From assembly GCF_030684315.1 (NCBI RefSeq), contig NC_081372.1, positions 31,511,481 through 31,575,480 on the forward strand: a DNA stretch of 64,000 bases, read 5' to 3'. This document shows positions 62,596 to 64,000 of this stretch, piece by piece (within the stretch, counting starts at the first letter, position 1; the number at the start of each line of letters is the position of its first letter). A program made the translations under genes and the position numbers. The notes under the pieces are model-generated. The model searched no databases. It was not told the DNA's origin and saw nothing but the letters and a program-made list of their open reading frames with translations. This DNA is from Stegostoma tigrinum. Lineage: Eukaryota.

Positions 62596-63089
62596 AGCAG
62601 GCAGACCAAGTCCAATATTTCATGTTGCCCTCATTGCGCTGTTATTAGTGCGCACCTACAGCAAGTTACTGTATTCATATTTTTCAACATAGCTGAAAAA
62701 GTAAAATGCTGTACACCTGGCTACAACAAGGTATGAACCATTTTTAACCCTTATATTCTGGCCACAGATGCTGAATGGGTGTGCTGGATATCTTTTGTTT
62801 TCAAGCAATTTTTTGTTTTCAAGATTTACAATTTCTAGCTCTTTATTCATATGAGCCAAAATGAATTGGTTCATTAAGCTACCATGGAAGTATCCTAGGA
62901 GAGGGGGATTGATGGCAAAAGTGGTGAAGTTGGGACAAGGAGGAGCCAATGGAGGTATTAATACACCGGTATGCATTATGCGATATGTTATGCTCTCATC
63001 ATTGATACCTCATACACACCTCCACCCAGTTTCACACATCATCACTCAACACTGTGCAGAGGCCACTTTACCCAAAAGCCTCTTGTAAA

Positions 63090-63490
63090 TGCAACGTCGT
63101 CAAAGATGGCGGCCGCCTGTTCCTGAGGTGGTTGGTGTCGGACTGACTAGCGGGTTTCACTCGCTGTTCTTTTTCGCACCGAGGCTGAACGCGCCTTTCT
63201 TTTGAAGGGGACCTAGTGTCAACCGAAGCGGCGACCTTGGAGAGGTGAGTAGGCGGCTGCGAGCCTGTCCGTCCGTCGCCGGGATGAAAAAGCCGGTAAA
63301 TGAGTCAGTCAACCTAAGGGTGATGGCGGCTGTGTCCCGCCCTCCTCCCCGGCAGCTGATTGGCCGGAGGGAGGTTAGCGGCCTCTGGGATTGGTCCAGA
63401 CCTCTTGTCAGTCAGTGAGTCGTGATGAGTAAGTTAAGGTGTGTGTTTGCCGGCTGAGGCCTCGTTGTTGTTCCTGTCCCCGTCCCCTTG
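63090..63490 (+). promoter_or_regulatory. CpG-island promoter and probable non-coding first exon (about 63100-63244) of an unidentified gene
   Basis: CpG-rich. YY1 motif AAGATGGCGGC at 63103-63113; strong donor AG|GTGAGT at 63244/63245; AP-1 TGAGTCA at 63301-63307; a GC box; inverted CCAAT boxes at 63359-63363 and 63390-63394. Confidence 0.7.
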
Positions 63491-64000
63491 TCTGCAAATC
63501 ATCCTGAAGGGGAGCTAGTGGTTGGACAGCTGCAGCGGTGTACAGCTATGTTGGCCATTCAGTGATTTCATTTCATTATAAACAGTGGACTCCAGTCGTT
63601 TGGTTTGTGCCTAACCAAACCTTCACCTCATAGAGACTGTTGCTTCCTCCCTCTCTCTTTCATGCACTCACTTCTATAAACCCAACGCTCATATTGTTCT
63701 GCCACGTTAGCGCCGGAGCAGAGACTATTTGAAAAAAGAGTAATATTAGTTGAATGCTGAAGAGTGCATTGCAGCTTCATGGACATTTATACATCTGTCT
63801 AGCCGGATCTTTAGATTACGATGATGTAGGAGATTCGTTCTGATGAAATGTCGATCCGTCATTTGTTTCTTTACAGATTGTGAATGGACTATGTATTTTC
63901 CCCGTTTTGTGTTGTAAAATTTAGAAATGATTCCCAGAGTGAACCCCTTACAATTAAACAGAAACTTTGTGATTTACTACCTATTATTAACATGCCAGTA

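Overview
Repeat-rich vertebrate genomic DNA, almost certainly from an elasmobranch (shark), judged by an HE1-type V-SINE, HER1/CR1 LINEs and a single-exon Rhp2 gene. The only intact protein-coding gene is an intronless Rh-family ammonia channel (Rhp2, 476 aa, minus strand, 35923-34493). It has a TATA promoter, sits in a CpG-rich domain and has a candidate AATAAA at 33849. A second, unidentified plus-strand gene appears to start in a CpG island at about 63.1 kb (YY1 motif, 6-codon ORF, splice donor). Most of the rest is decayed CR1, L2, RTE and Rex-like LINEs and SINEs. The most striking non-genic signal is a set of Penelope-like elements (PLEs) from at least three families. These carry minimal hammerhead-ribozyme (HHR) motifs and have many short derivatives, several of them hairpins and some with target-site duplications (TSDs), whose 5' ends cluster at the ribozyme. 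All calls were made by eye without database searches, and LINE boundaries are approximate.
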